A stretch of DNA of 64,000 nt from a virus (IMGVR_UViG_3300025000_002059:23960-87959); one strand, 5' to 3'; counted from the first letter of the stretch, positions 18,591 through 28,324 are shown. The notes: a model not told the origin generated them from the letters alone. Numbers and translations are program-made.

Positions 18591-19349
18591 ATGATTGAAG
18601 AAATAGATGACCAAATATTTACCATGACAAGTGATCTCTCGGATGAAGAACTGGTCGATTTTGCAGCTGGGATATTTAAGAGCAATTGGAAAACATCATA
18701 CGATTACCAGAAAACGGATCCTATTATATTTCAAAGCTTGCCGATCGATGGGAAAATACTTAAGCATACCGATTTTTTGTCTTCGGCTGTTTATATATCA
18801 GAACTAACACAAAAGGCATTATCCTATAGATGGAATGAGATAGGAGGTCTAGCCGGGAAAGAACTGAAGGAGTGGGATGCCAATGGCGGCCTTTGTATTT
18901 ATCTATCCATTTTGCATTTTTGTTTACTGCTGGAAAGCAAAGCCGTAAAAGAGAATGAACTATGCTTAGTCCAAGGATTTTATAGGCATCCAACACACGG
19001 AATACTCAGTATATTCTCAAATCTGGGAACTCAATGCGGAGTTCATGCCTTTATAAGCGTTCAGGGAGCGGTTGTTGATTTTTCGATACAGCAAGAAGCA
19101 TCAACGTTCGAATTTGGAGAAAAAGAATTCATTATTGGCGATATCCCAGATGAGATGGAGATGGTCGGCTGGACAGAAGGAAAGCATTTAGTCAAGCAAT
19201 ATGCGCGTGAGATAGCCCGGAGCAGCGGACTTAATTATTTTGAATGGATTGAACAGCACAAAATCAATTCATATAAACTTGCAAGCAAAGAACTTAACAA
19301 AGAGCTTGTAAGGCTTAAAAGATTATATAAAAGTTTGGAGGATGAATGA
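18591..19349 (+). CDS. Hypothetical protein, possible transglutaminase/papain-like Cys-His-Asp fold
   Basis: GGLCIYLS ... GVHAFISVQGAVVDFS; directly upstream of the Tas-like gene. Confidence 0.5.
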   Translation: MIEEIDDQIFTMTSDLSDEELVDFAAGIFKSNWKTSYDYQKTDPIIFQSLPIDGKILKHTDFLSSAVYISELTQKALSYRWNEIGGLAGKELKEWDANGGLCIYLSILHFCLLLESKAVKENELCLVQGFYRHPTHGILSIFSNLGTQCGVHAFISVQGAVVDFSIQQEASTFEFGEKEFIIGDIPDEMEMVGWTEGKHLVKQYAREIARSSGLNYFEWIEQHKINSYKLASKELNKELVRLKRLYKSLEDE

Positions 19350-19352
19350 GCG

Positions 19353-20408
19353 ATGGCTAGGAAAAAGAATGAAGAAGAAGTCACCCTAACCAATCAGGAA
19401 ATGATTCAAAAAGAAGAGCGCCATAGAAAAGATTTAGAAAATAAACTAAAGGCATCGGAAGCATCAGCGGAAGATCAGAAACAATTTACTCCCTTGGTCA
19501 AACTTACTAAGGATTTAAGAAGCGCAAGCCGGACATTGAATCCACAAGAAGCCCGGTATCTAGTGGACAGGTACTACCAAATCCAACAATACCGGACCAG
19601 CGCCAAGAATCAGATTAGAGCATCGGAAAGCGAAGAACCAAATGAAGTTATTGTCTGGTTTGCAGAGAACTTTGAGGAACTGGAGAAGAACATAAAAAAG
19701 GCGCTGGATGCTTATACGAGTAGTCATCCGGTCGGAGCTTGGGCCAAATCGGTGATCGGCGTAGGTCCGACATTCGCAGCCGGGCTTCTAGCGCACATTG
19801 ATGCGAAGAAAGCACCAACAGCCGGAGCCGTGTGGAGTTACGCAGGATATAATCCAAGTGTTGAATGGTTAAAAGGTCAGAAGCGTCCATGGAATGCTGA
19901 TTTAAAAAAACTATGTTATCTCATAGGTGAATCATTTGTAAAGGTTTCCAATAATCCTAAAGATATCTATGGTAAATTATATCGCCAAAGAAAAGATCAG
20001 GAGATAGCGAAGAATATAGCGGGAGAATTTGCGGAACAAGCAATATCAAAGCTGGAGAAATTCAAGATAGGTAAAGATACTGATGCTTACATATGGTATG
20101 CAGGATGTCTGACTGAAGATAAAGCCAGAGCAATTCTTCTGGGTGAAAAATCCGGATCAGCCAAAAGTCTAGCGGGAGAAAAGGATTCTGGGATTCGTAT
20201 GCTTCCACCAGCACATATCAACGAGCGGTCCAAGCGATATGCTGTTAAAATATTCCTAGCCCATTTTCATGAGGTCTTATTTGAATATGAATTTGGGACC
20301 AAGCCACCAAATCCATATGCTATCTCAATCCTGGGACATGCACATAAGCTGGAAGTTCCAAACTATGAAGTATTTAAAAAAGCGATGGAAGAAGATCCGT
20401 CACTATAG
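19353..20408 (+). CDS. IS110/Nop-domain RNA-binding protein lacking a nuclease domain (TIGR-associated TasA-like)
   Basis: Coiled coil (LVDRYYQIQQYRTSAKNQIR), then SVIGVGPTFAAGLL..I, VWSYAGYNP, WNADLKKLCYLIGESFVK and HINERSKRYAVKIFL; no DEDD/RuvC N-terminus; abuts a repeat array. Confidence 0.85.
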   Translation: MARKKNEEEVTLTNQEMIQKEERHRKDLENKLKASEASAEDQKQFTPLVKLTKDLRSASRTLNPQEARYLVDRYYQIQQYRTSAKNQIRASESEEPNEVIVWFAENFEELEKNIKKALDAYTSSHPVGAWAKSVIGVGPTFAAGLLAHIDAKKAPTAGAVWSYAGYNPSVEWLKGQKRPWNADLKKLCYLIGESFVKVSNNPKDIYGKLYRQRKDQEIAKNIAGEFAEQAISKLEKFKIGKDTDAYIWYAGCLTEDKARAILLGEKSGSAKSLAGEKDSGIRMLPPAHINERSKRYAVKIFLAHFHEVLFEYEFGTKPPNPYAISILGHAHKLEVPNYEVFKKAMEEDPSL

Positions 20409-22292
20409 CCAAGTTACTTTGATTTTAAACAAAGCCATTGAGCGAACCATCAGACAAGAGAGTATCAACAATAGAAGAGTGAGCCAACAAGCGTGAGCTA
20501 ATTGCATCCCATAAAAGCGAGCCACTAACCATGAATTATGCAACGAAAGAAAGCGAGCCATAGCAACAGATTACCCCATCTCGACGAGAGCGAGCCAATG
20601 GTCTATGAAAGCAGAATTGACCATCAAACAAGAGTGAACCGTGTGCAAAGATTGTATCAATTAGGAGAAGTGAGTCATTAGATTAGAATAGCACCATATC
20701 CGCAAAGCGAGCCGTTAGATCAGAAATTTATTTTATTCATTCCCATTGAGTGAGCCAAGAGCCAAGGTATACGAAAGCACCAACAACAACGAGCGAGTCA
20801 TCCGATATGAAATTAGATACAAATGCGTTGAGCGATCCAAAATGAATTGTAGCGAAACAAAGCGAACCATGGGTATGGAGAAATACCATTTATCTCCGAG
20901 TGAACCAAAAAATTAGAATAAATCGCCAAAGTAGAGTGAGCCATATGAAATAGATTAAATCACACTCTAAGAGCGAGCCAAGCTAACTTAATATAAAATG
21001 AACGAACCAGAATGCTTGATTGGGACAAAAATAACGAGTGAGCCACTAAAGGGAATTATAATATTTAATCAAAAAATGCAATGAGCGAAACAAAATATTT
21101 TGATCGAACCATTATAAAGGAGATATTCCGGGGATAACGAGTGAGTCATGCAGGAAAGCGTGATGGGATGTTGGCTTAGAAGCAGCCATGGCTGGAAGGC
21201 TGATTGCTTTATGCAATCCATCTAAGGAGTGGGGCGATGGCTATTTGTGACTTGATTGTTTTTCCACATTATTAGCAATCTGAACCCGATGAGGGAAAAT
21301 GAATGTGGTAGTGTTACGATGATACCGATGCATTTGTAGTGACAAGGTAACATAAAAGCTGCAAATGAAGGAAAGCGTATAGCTTGGGAGTTGCTTTAGA
21401 GTTACACTTGGTTATCCCTTTTGGCGTAATAGCACACCATCACATGAGTCATGCGGAATGATTGAACGAAATAGTGAGTGAACCATCAATAATGACCGGA
21501 ACATTGTGTCAGAGTGAGCCACGATATAAGAATAGCAACATTAATAGTTGGAGCGAACCAATCAAGCCGAAAATTAACATTCCCTATGAGTGAGTCAGGT
21601 ATATTTATGAAAAATATGAACGAGTCGAAGGAAGTAAGGGTACCAATCTCATAGAGCGAGCCATAAGGAATAATGGCAACATCACAGGAAAGCGAACCAC
21701 TAATAGCGAGTTACATCATTATACGAGAGTGAACCGTCAGAAGCGAAACTAAGTATCATATATTCAGAGTGAATCGGGATATTGGAGAGCACCACACATA
21801 CTGAGTGAATCAGGACTATGGAAAGCAGCAGATAAGCCGAGTGAGCCGAATAATGGGATAGCACCACGCTGGTTAAGCGAGCCATTGAAGGAAATAGGAT
21901 CAGAAATGCAGAGCGAGCCGCAGGATGTAAAAGCACAATAAAAAGAGAGCGAGCCAGACCAACCGAAAGCAGTATTGAGCGAGAGCGAGCCAGAGGAAAA
22001 AGATTAATTCATTGCAGGACAACGAGCCATAACTACAGATTAACGACAAGATTATAAGAGCGAACCAAAATCACGCTTAAATAAAATTGAAACATTAGCG
22101 AGTGAGTCATAGGACTTGATTGAATCACCCCATCGGAGCGATCCATATTAAGCGAGAATAACCAGCGTAGGTTGAGTGAGCCAAATGGAAGCGAGAGTAC
22201 CAATTGCATAGAGTGAGCCAGAACTGGTGATTAAAATCATTAATGCGAGAGCGAACCATGGCAAGAGAGGACCACAAATATAGAGTGATTCA
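20407..22292 (+). repeat. TIGR-type dual-spacer guide-RNA array 1 (~43 units), interrupted by a structured RNA
   Basis: ~36-nt period: edge AG(T/C)GA(G/A)CCA, 9-nt spacer, loop e.g. AGAG(T/C)ACCA, 9-nt spacer. Confidence 0.9.
21160..21443 (+). ncRNA. Structured RNA mimicking the 23S rRNA L11-binding domain (H43/H44), with two inserted helical domains
   Basis: GGATGTTGGCTTAGAAGCAGCCAT ... CATCTAAGGAGT ... GCGTAATAGCACAC, closed by GTGATGG/CCATCAC; flanked by TGAGTCATGC direct repeats. Confidence 0.75.
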
Positions 22293-22309
22293 AAAGCGAG
22301 GAATTATCG

Positions 22310-22594
22310 ATGAGAGATTTAATCAGTTATGATGAGATGCTAGAAAACAAGGATAAGCTAAAAACCATATTCCTCGATTTCAAGGCACGGTATTATGCTT
22401 TGGGCAAGAAGCAGAATGGAAAATTTAAAACGAGTGATCTTGACCGATTAATCCGGGAGACGATCGCAGAATTAAAAGGCAAAGAAAAACTTATTGCCGA
22501 AGGATTTCTGGAATTCGTGCTGGGATTTTTATTCAACAGCTCGTGGGATTCTACGAAGGCTTTTAATTCTGTAGATAAAATGTTTAACTGGTAG
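22310..22594 (+). CDS. Hypothetical protein (cargo between arrays 1 and 2)
   Basis: GAGG RBS right after the final edge repeat. Confidence 0.6.
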   Translation: MRDLISYDEMLENKDKLKTIFLDFKARYYALGKKQNGKFKTSDLDRLIRETIAELKGKEKLIAEGFLEFVLGFLFNSSWDSTKAFNSVDKMFNW

Positions 22595-22601
22595 ATAAAT
22601 T

Positions 22602-23030
22602 TAGCCAAAACAGATGATAGTATCACGGCATCCAAGCGAACCATTGACTATCGCCGGAAAGCGAGCCAATTCACACGACTAAAAACAAGATACTGAAGCG
22701 AACCAGAGGAAAAGACTATTTCATTACAGGAAAGTGAGCCGGACCAATTGATAAATACATTAAATGAGAGTGAGCCACGGTTAGGGACAATTTCAATTAT
22801 TAGAAGCGAGTCAAACAGATAAGATTTCCATTTAAAGAGAGCGATCCATTTCAGATGACAGTAACAGCCTTTACGAGTGAGCCAGAAAATAGGATAGCAT
22901 CATTATGCGAAAGCGAGCCAAGTGCATGAAGATATAAACCATTAAACGAGATCGAACCAGTAGACAAGGAAAGTATCATGATCATAAAGTGAGCCAAACA
23001 CCATGATTAGTAACATTATGGACAAGCGGA
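22602..23030 (+). repeat. TIGR-type array 2 (~12 units)
   Basis: Same edge/loop periodicity as array 1. Confidence 0.88.
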
Positions 23031-23057
23031 CTAATACACCCTTGGGAGGTGGAACGA

Positions 23058-23495
23058 TTGGACCACGAAATATCATACCCAGAAAAGAAATGTCCCGGAT
23101 GCGGAAATGATAATCTACTGGATGGACCGCGAGGTGGACTATCTCAAAATGTCTTATGCCCGGAATGCCAAAGAGAATGGAACTATGGACCATTTGGGTA
23201 TGAAGAAATCAGCCCGGCACGAACATACTTATACCGAGTTGTGTCTCCAAAACTTGATCTGCGGATCATCCCAGTAGGATGCAAGCCGGGATGCTGTGGG
23301 GAAACATATCCATGCATTGATGAGGTAGCCATGATTATAGAACAGGGCAATCTTGCCTTTATGATTCACGGCGAGCACGTTAAGGAGCAGTTAGAGAAAC
23401 TAGAATACAGAATTGATGTAACGAGTCATAACAACATACCGATTGGAATGTATATATCTGAAAAGGGATCAAAAAGCGTGTACGAAAGATTTTAG
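23058..23495 (+). CDS. Zn-ribbon hypothetical protein (cargo between arrays 2 and 3)
   Basis: CPGC...GPRGGLSQNVLCPEC; GGAGGT RBS and TTG start. Confidence 0.6.
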   Translation: MDHEISYPEKKCPGCGNDNLLDGPRGGLSQNVLCPECQREWNYGPFGYEEISPARTYLYRVVSPKLDLRIIPVGCKPGCCGETYPCIDEVAMIIEQGNLAFMIHGEHVKEQLEKLEYRIDVTSHNNIPIGMYISEKGSKSVYERF

Positions 23496-23712
23496 CCAGC
23501 ACATGAGAAAATCCAGAGATCGTGAGCGAATCAATTGATGAAAAAAGCAACATTACTCCGGAGTGAACCGATTGAAATGATGATCCATTGACCAAGAGTG
23601 AGCCAATATCTATGAGCCACCCAATTTAAAGTAGCGAGCCATCCCAAAGGATTTTTCAATTCCACGGAAGCGAGCCATTATAAGGCGATATTTCAGTCCA
23701 CGGGAGCGATCC
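23494..23712 (+). repeat. TIGR-type array 3 (~6 units)
   Basis: Begins at TAGCCA, overlapping the upstream stop codon. Confidence 0.88.
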
Positions 23713-23752
23713 AATTCACCAGTCTAATATTTCTTGGAGTGAAAATATTTTT

Positions 23753-24127
23753 ATGGATAGACTGCGAAATGAGCGAAAGGCCAACGGTTTATGTGCTCAA
23801 TGTGGAACTAAACTTGATAGGATTGGGAGATATTGCAAAAAATGCAATACTTCAGGGAATATTAATAAGCACAAACGTTGCCTAAAGCTTTATGCAATCG
23901 GTTTATGTACTACTTGCGCTGAGCCATTAGACAGAGATGGTTGGTTTTGCTCAAGGTGTGCAAACAACTTAAAACTTAGGGCAAGAGTTAGAGACACAGA
24001 AAGAAGATTAAAAGGATTATGCGTTCAGTGTGGCGCTTGGGCAGATGGGTATTCCTATTGCCAACGCTGCAGGGATATGAGGATGGAGAGATATCACTCA
24101 AAGAAAAGGTCCATTCACCAAGAGTGA
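23753..24127 (+). CDS. Multi-Zn-finger protein (three GLCxxC...CxxC repeats), cargo between arrays 3 and 4
   Basis: Repeated GLC..C.......YC..C. Confidence 0.7.
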   Translation: MDRLRNERKANGLCAQCGTKLDRIGRYCKKCNTSGNINKHKRCLKLYAIGLCTTCAEPLDRDGWFCSRCANNLKLRARVRDTERRLKGLCVQCGAWADGYSYCQRCRDMRMERYHSKKRSIHQE

Positions 24128-24349
24128 GTGAGCCAATATTGGATTTTTACATTAGAGAAAGAGCGAATCAAACAGATATTATTTTTCAGATACCAAGAGT
24201 GAGCCAATTATGATGACAGAAACAACCCAAGAAAGCGAGTCAATGAATACGAACTTTATCAACAGATATGAAGCGAGCCATAACAATGAAGTATAACCAT
24301 CATCCAAGAGCGAGCCTAAGCAATTGATCACCCCACACTCACTGAGCGA
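24108..24349 (+). repeat. TIGR-type array 4 (~6-7 units)
   Basis: Same periodicity; first unit overlaps the 3' end of the Zn-finger gene. Confidence 0.85.
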
Positions 24350-24692
24350 TTGAAGGAGTAAAATAAAATGGATGCCCTACTATTCCTGATGGCTTTAGGG
24401 AATTTCATAGCATTTCATAGAGCAATGAACGAGCGCGAACTTAACCTTACATATTTATTTTCAGCTCTAGTATTCTTCATGCTACTTATAATTTAAGGAG
24501 GTGATGATACTTGGGATGGCTAAAAACGAAAACTCATAGAGATGGGAGCGTAAGTTATTTCAGCGACCAAGAAAATAAATGGATTGAGTATGTTAGGGAA
24601 ATCCCCCAGAAGGAATTAAGTAAGATGACAAAGGAAGAGCAGCAGAGAATGCTCAAATTCTTAAGTAAACACAACTGAATGGAAGAAGGTAT

Positions 24693-24971
24693 TTGATGGC
24701 GAAATACTTCAGACATGAAAACGGAATTACCGTCAGCGAATTTCAAATGTTAATCATTTTCTTAAACCGGAGCTGCGATTATCAGATTGCACTCCGGATC
24801 GTTCGTGATGAATTAAGCGCCAAGAAGGAAAAGAATCGATACTGGATTGTTGGCCATGAGCAAGCATGGAATTATTTTCATATAAATTTAAGCGAATCAT
24901 TGAAGAGAAGAAACATCGGCAGTATGGATGAATTACTGGAGAGCGCAAAAGAAAACTTAAGGAAGCGATAA
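24693..24971 (+). CDS. Hypothetical protein
   Basis: ORF with RBS. Confidence 0.5.
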   Translation: MMAKYFRHENGITVSEFQMLIIFLNRSCDYQIALRIVRDELSAKKEKNRYWIVGHEQAWNYFHINLSESLKRRNIGSMDELLESAKENLRKR

Positions 24972-24985
24972 GGAGAAAGATAAAA

Positions 24986-25330
24986 ATGTTTTTTAAGCTT
25001 TGCAATCATAGAGAAATTGATCCAGATGAAAGACTTAGTGTTATTATTGGAAGTGGATCGGATGATGAATTTGAAACTCACAATCCTTTAAATTTATTTG
25101 GGGCAATTATTAATGATTATGATCCGGATTCAGGTGTTCCGATTATTCCTCTTGTCGTTGGACAAATTAGTCCGGGAATGTTGATGTCTTATCTATCGGC
25201 CATGACAACAATTGCTGTCGAGATGTTAAAGGATACAGATATACCGAGAGAAGTATTAAAGGAATTATTGCAAAGAGCTGTTGATGAAGGACTGAATGGA
25301 AAAATTGTTCCGTGCAAGTGCCAGAACTAG
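24986..25330 (+). CDS. Hypothetical protein
   Basis: AAGGAG RBS. Confidence 0.55.
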   Translation: MFFKLCNHREIDPDERLSVIIGSGSDDEFETHNPLNLFGAIINDYDPDSGVPIIPLVVGQISPGMLMSYLSAMTTIAVEMLKDTDIPREVLKELLQRAVDEGLNGKIVPCKCQN

Positions 25331-25521
25331 CCGATAGAGATATCGGCTTTTATTTTGTTCAAATATGAATGTAACAAAATATGTGAATTGTTACATTGGG
25401 GGCTTAAACATGGATGTGGCAAGGATGGTAATAATTGAATGTAACTTAGGGCGTAGAAATGATACATGGAATGTAGTATAATGAAGGACAAGCTTAATAA
25501 AAAGAGAGGAATTAAAAATTC

Positions 25522-26064
25522 ATGAATGTTCAACCAATTAGAGATATTTCCAAAATAGAAGAATTAAAAAATGAACTCCTTAAGATCAGTTACCGAGATT
25601 ATATGATTTTCTCATTTGGAATAAATACTGGATTAAGAATAAGTGATATCTTGAAGTTAAAAGTAAATGATATTAAGGGCAAAAGCCATGTTTCTATCAA
25701 GGAACAAAAAACGGGCAAAACAAAAAAGTTTAAAATACAAAGTCAATTTAAACCGGAAGTTGATAGGTACATACATGGAATGAAAATGACTAATTATTTA
25801 TTTAGAAGTAGAAAAGGAGTAAATAAACCAATTAGTAGGATTCAGTATTATAGGGTGTTAAGGAACGCTGCTGCGCCAATTGGGATTACAGAAATTGGAA
25901 CACATACATTGAGAAAAACATTTGGATATTTTCATTATAAGAAAAACAAGGATGTTGCTATGCTGCAAGAAATATTTAATCATTCTGGACCGAGTGTGAC
26001 CTTGAGATATATAGGGATAAACCAAGAGGAAATAGATGAGTCGATGGAAGGTATGTATTTATGA
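25522..26064 (+). CDS. Short tyrosine recombinase (catalytic domain only)
   Basis: NTGLRISDIL, HTLRKTFGY, FNHS...TLRYIG; no arm-binding domain. Confidence 0.92.
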   Translation: MNVQPIRDISKIEELKNELLKISYRDYMIFSFGINTGLRISDILKLKVNDIKGKSHVSIKEQKTGKTKKFKIQSQFKPEVDRYIHGMKMTNYLFRSRKGVNKPISRIQYYRVLRNAAAPIGITEIGTHTLRKTFGYFHYKKNKDVAMLQEIFNHSGPSVTLRYIGINQEEIDESMEGMYL

Positions 26065-26381
26065 AGGAGGATATTATGAGAAATTTATGGATACCAACAG
26101 CGATAGGAAAACCTACCAATGCAAAAGTTGTTAGGGGACGTGAAAATGTTCCTGCTGGGGATAATTTTGCGTGGTGGAGTTGTCATTTTGAGTATAGAAG
26201 TAAGGATATATGTGAAGCATTTATATTTGAACAATTACAAGAGAAATATAGTCTTGGATTCGGACAACAAGAATTATGGAATATTATTGAACGTGATTAT
26301 ACTGCTGAAGAAGTCTATGTTAAAAATGTAAATCATCCTAATTATAACGAAGAATCAGATGATATCGTATTTGAAGATTAA
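26061..26381 (+). CDS. Hypothetical protein
   Basis: Coupled ORF. Confidence 0.5.
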   Translation: MKEDIMRNLWIPTAIGKPTNAKVVRGRENVPAGDNFAWWSCHFEYRSKDICEAFIFEQLQEKYSLGFGQQELWNIIERDYTAEEVYVKNVNHPNYNEESDDIVFED

Positions 26382-26405
26382 GACACATTAGGAGATGAGA
26401 TAAAT

Positions 26406-26627
26406 ATGCAAAACAGAATCAAGCCGGAGCTAGATAGATTACGGAGCACTTGGTGTGATCTTCCGGATTATATCTACACAGAAAAATATGAACAAGCACT
26501 AACGGAATGGATCATGAAACATGTGGCCAACGGCAGAACGGATATTGAAACACTTATCCTGTATGCGCTGCATCACGAAACCGGGGATAAGCTGCCTTAC
26601 TTTCCATTCGATCGAACAGAGGTGTAG
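26406..26627 (+). CDS. Hypothetical protein
   Basis: AGGAG RBS. Confidence 0.5.
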   Translation: MQNRIKPELDRLRSTWCDLPDYIYTEKYEQALTEWIMKHVANGRTDIETLILYALHHETGDKLPYFPFDRTEV

Positions 26628-26630
26628 CAC

Positions 26631-27053
26631 TTGGAAACCATGTATCAAGCAATTAAGAGAACGCGCGAAAAATACAGGGACTGTGAAATCGAAGTGGATC
26701 CGATCTATAAAGAGCACACCATAAATCGCGTTTATCCAAAAGGATGCTTCGAGAAAAGCTGGGAATACATTTCAATGAAAATTCATTTACCAGAAGTTAA
26801 ATTAATCCATGGTTCCTGCTTGGCTATTGATCGGATCCGGATCCATCATGCATGGATAGAGATCGGGCCTGACATTTTATTTGAGGGTGTATTCCAGAGA
26901 TTCTACGATCGCGAGAAATATTATGTCGCTAGAAGCTTGATTAAGCATTTTGAGTATGATTTTGCTGAGACAATGAAATGGTCTTTGGAATCCAAACACA
27001 AAGGACCATGGCAATTCCCGGAGCAGGAATCATGCTTTGATTTTTTATTATAA
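26631..27053 (+). CDS. Hypothetical protein, possible transglutaminase-like fold
   Basis: GCFEKS ... HHAWIE. Confidence 0.5.
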   Translation: METMYQAIKRTREKYRDCEIEVDPIYKEHTINRVYPKGCFEKSWEYISMKIHLPEVKLIHGSCLAIDRIRIHHAWIEIGPDILFEGVFQRFYDREKYYVARSLIKHFEYDFAETMKWSLESKHKGPWQFPEQESCFDFLL

Positions 27054-27064
27054 CAGGGGAGGAA

Positions 27065-27268
27065 ATGAAGATGGAAAAGGGCGATTATATCAAGACACCT
27101 AGATTTTTGACAGTAAAAATTGCAGATGTATTTGAGGACATTAAAACAGCTAGGGAGCAGGGTTATAAAGAACCGACTTATTACGACGATGAAAATTATG
27201 AAATCTCAGGAAAACATATCGGAACTAACAGGATGATTTTTGCAGCAATAAAAAAACCCGGCAAATAA
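27065..27268 (+). CDS. Hypothetical phage protein
   Basis: GGGAGG RBS. Confidence 0.55.
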   Translation: MKMEKGDYIKTPRFLTVKIADVFEDIKTAREQGYKEPTYYDDENYEISGKHIGTNRMIFAAIKKPGK

Positions 27269-28018
27269 TCACCGAGTCAGAACGTCCCTATATTTACCGC
27301 TGATATTATCTTCCAGTCCACATTTATTGCAATCTCCAATTTTCAGGGATTTTATATTATCAAATAATATTTTAGGATTATCTCTCACTGTCCCGATCTG
27401 GAAGCATTCGTCAGTTTCACCAATATGAACCCCACCGTTAATATCTATGGAAGGTATACAAAATTTTTGAAGTTTAAATTCATAAAATTCCATAAGATCT
27501 TGAAAACTTGTAATGTGTCCAGATCGTATGATACTCCGCGCATTAAAGCATTTTGGGTAAGTAATTTTAATTTCCATATCATCCATACACAGGTTATTTG
27601 TTACTGCTCTGCCGATTGGAAATAAATGATTTATTTCAGTTATATAGCATAGATTCTCATGTTCGATCACTGGGACACCTTGAGGATAGAACCTTTTATC
27701 ATTCGTAATCTGGATCATGATGCCCAAGCTGAGTATTTCTTTTGCATACTGTTTATTGTGTAGAAACATGCCATTACTTGCTATTATCAATAATTCTGGA
27801 CGTTCCATTTTTCTTTTTAACAATTCAACTATCTCGATGAACTGCGGGTGCTCGCTTGGTTCGCCACCAGTCAGAAGAATCATTTTTGCACCTGTTTTTG
27901 GAATAAACTTAAGAGAATCCCGGAAATTATCAAAATCCATATGTTTCCCGTTCGGGGAAGCATTATCAAAACAATGCGTACAGTTCATATTGCATTTATT
28001 GGTTATTCGTAGAATCAA
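27269..28018 (-). CDS. Radical SAM protein
   Basis: CNMNCTHC, LTGGEP, SNG motifs. Confidence 0.9.
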   Translation of the reverse strand: MILRITNKCNMNCTHCFDNASPNGKHMDFDNFRDSLKFIPKTGAKMILLTGGEPSEHPQFIEIVELLKRKMERPELLIIASNGMFLHNKQYAKEILSLGIMIQITNDKRFYPQGVPVIEHENLCYITEINHLFPIGRAVTNNLCMDDMEIKITYPKCFNARSIIRSGHITSFQDLMEFYEFKLQKFCIPSIDINGGVHIGETDECFQIGTVRDNPKILFDNIKSLKIGDCNKCGLEDNISGKYRDVLTR

Positions 28019-28324
28019 TTAAGGAACCTCCTTTTATTATTAATAAGTCCTAGCTAAAAAAATAGCTAGGACTTTATTTCGACATTCTAACAGAATTTAT
28101 TAATCTTACAAACTGGGACAAAGAGGAATATAATAGGAGTACACTTCGTCAGCCTTCGAGAATAAAACGTAGGAGGTATTGCCCATTGGGAACGGAAATA
28201 ACAGTAAATGAATTACGAATTATGTTATCTGATAGCGAGCTAATGAAAGACCTTCCAATCTCAAAAGAAATGATCGATTTCATAGTTGAGCTGATAAAAA
28301 ATAAAGCGGAGATGGAATCTACGA

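Noticed and set aside
19353-20408. IS110 transposase / insertion sequence
   Set aside because: Only the coiled-coil and RNA-binding half is present. There is no N-terminal DEDD RuvC domain, no catalytic SG loop and no IS ends; a guide array follows instead.
21160-21443. Genuine 23S rRNA gene fragment or assembly chimera
   Set aside because: Similarity is limited to three short blocks split by self-folding inserts, with a non-rRNA closing helix and compensatory substitutions; the flanks are array units.
20407-22292. Classical CRISPR array
   Set aside because: Repeats are ~9 nt of two alternating types with 9-nt spacers, not 25-40 nt repeats with 30-40 nt spacers; no cas genes are present.
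25522-26064. Prophage integrase marking an att boundary
   Set aside because: It is a 180-aa catalytic-only recombinase with phage genes on both sides and no host junction.
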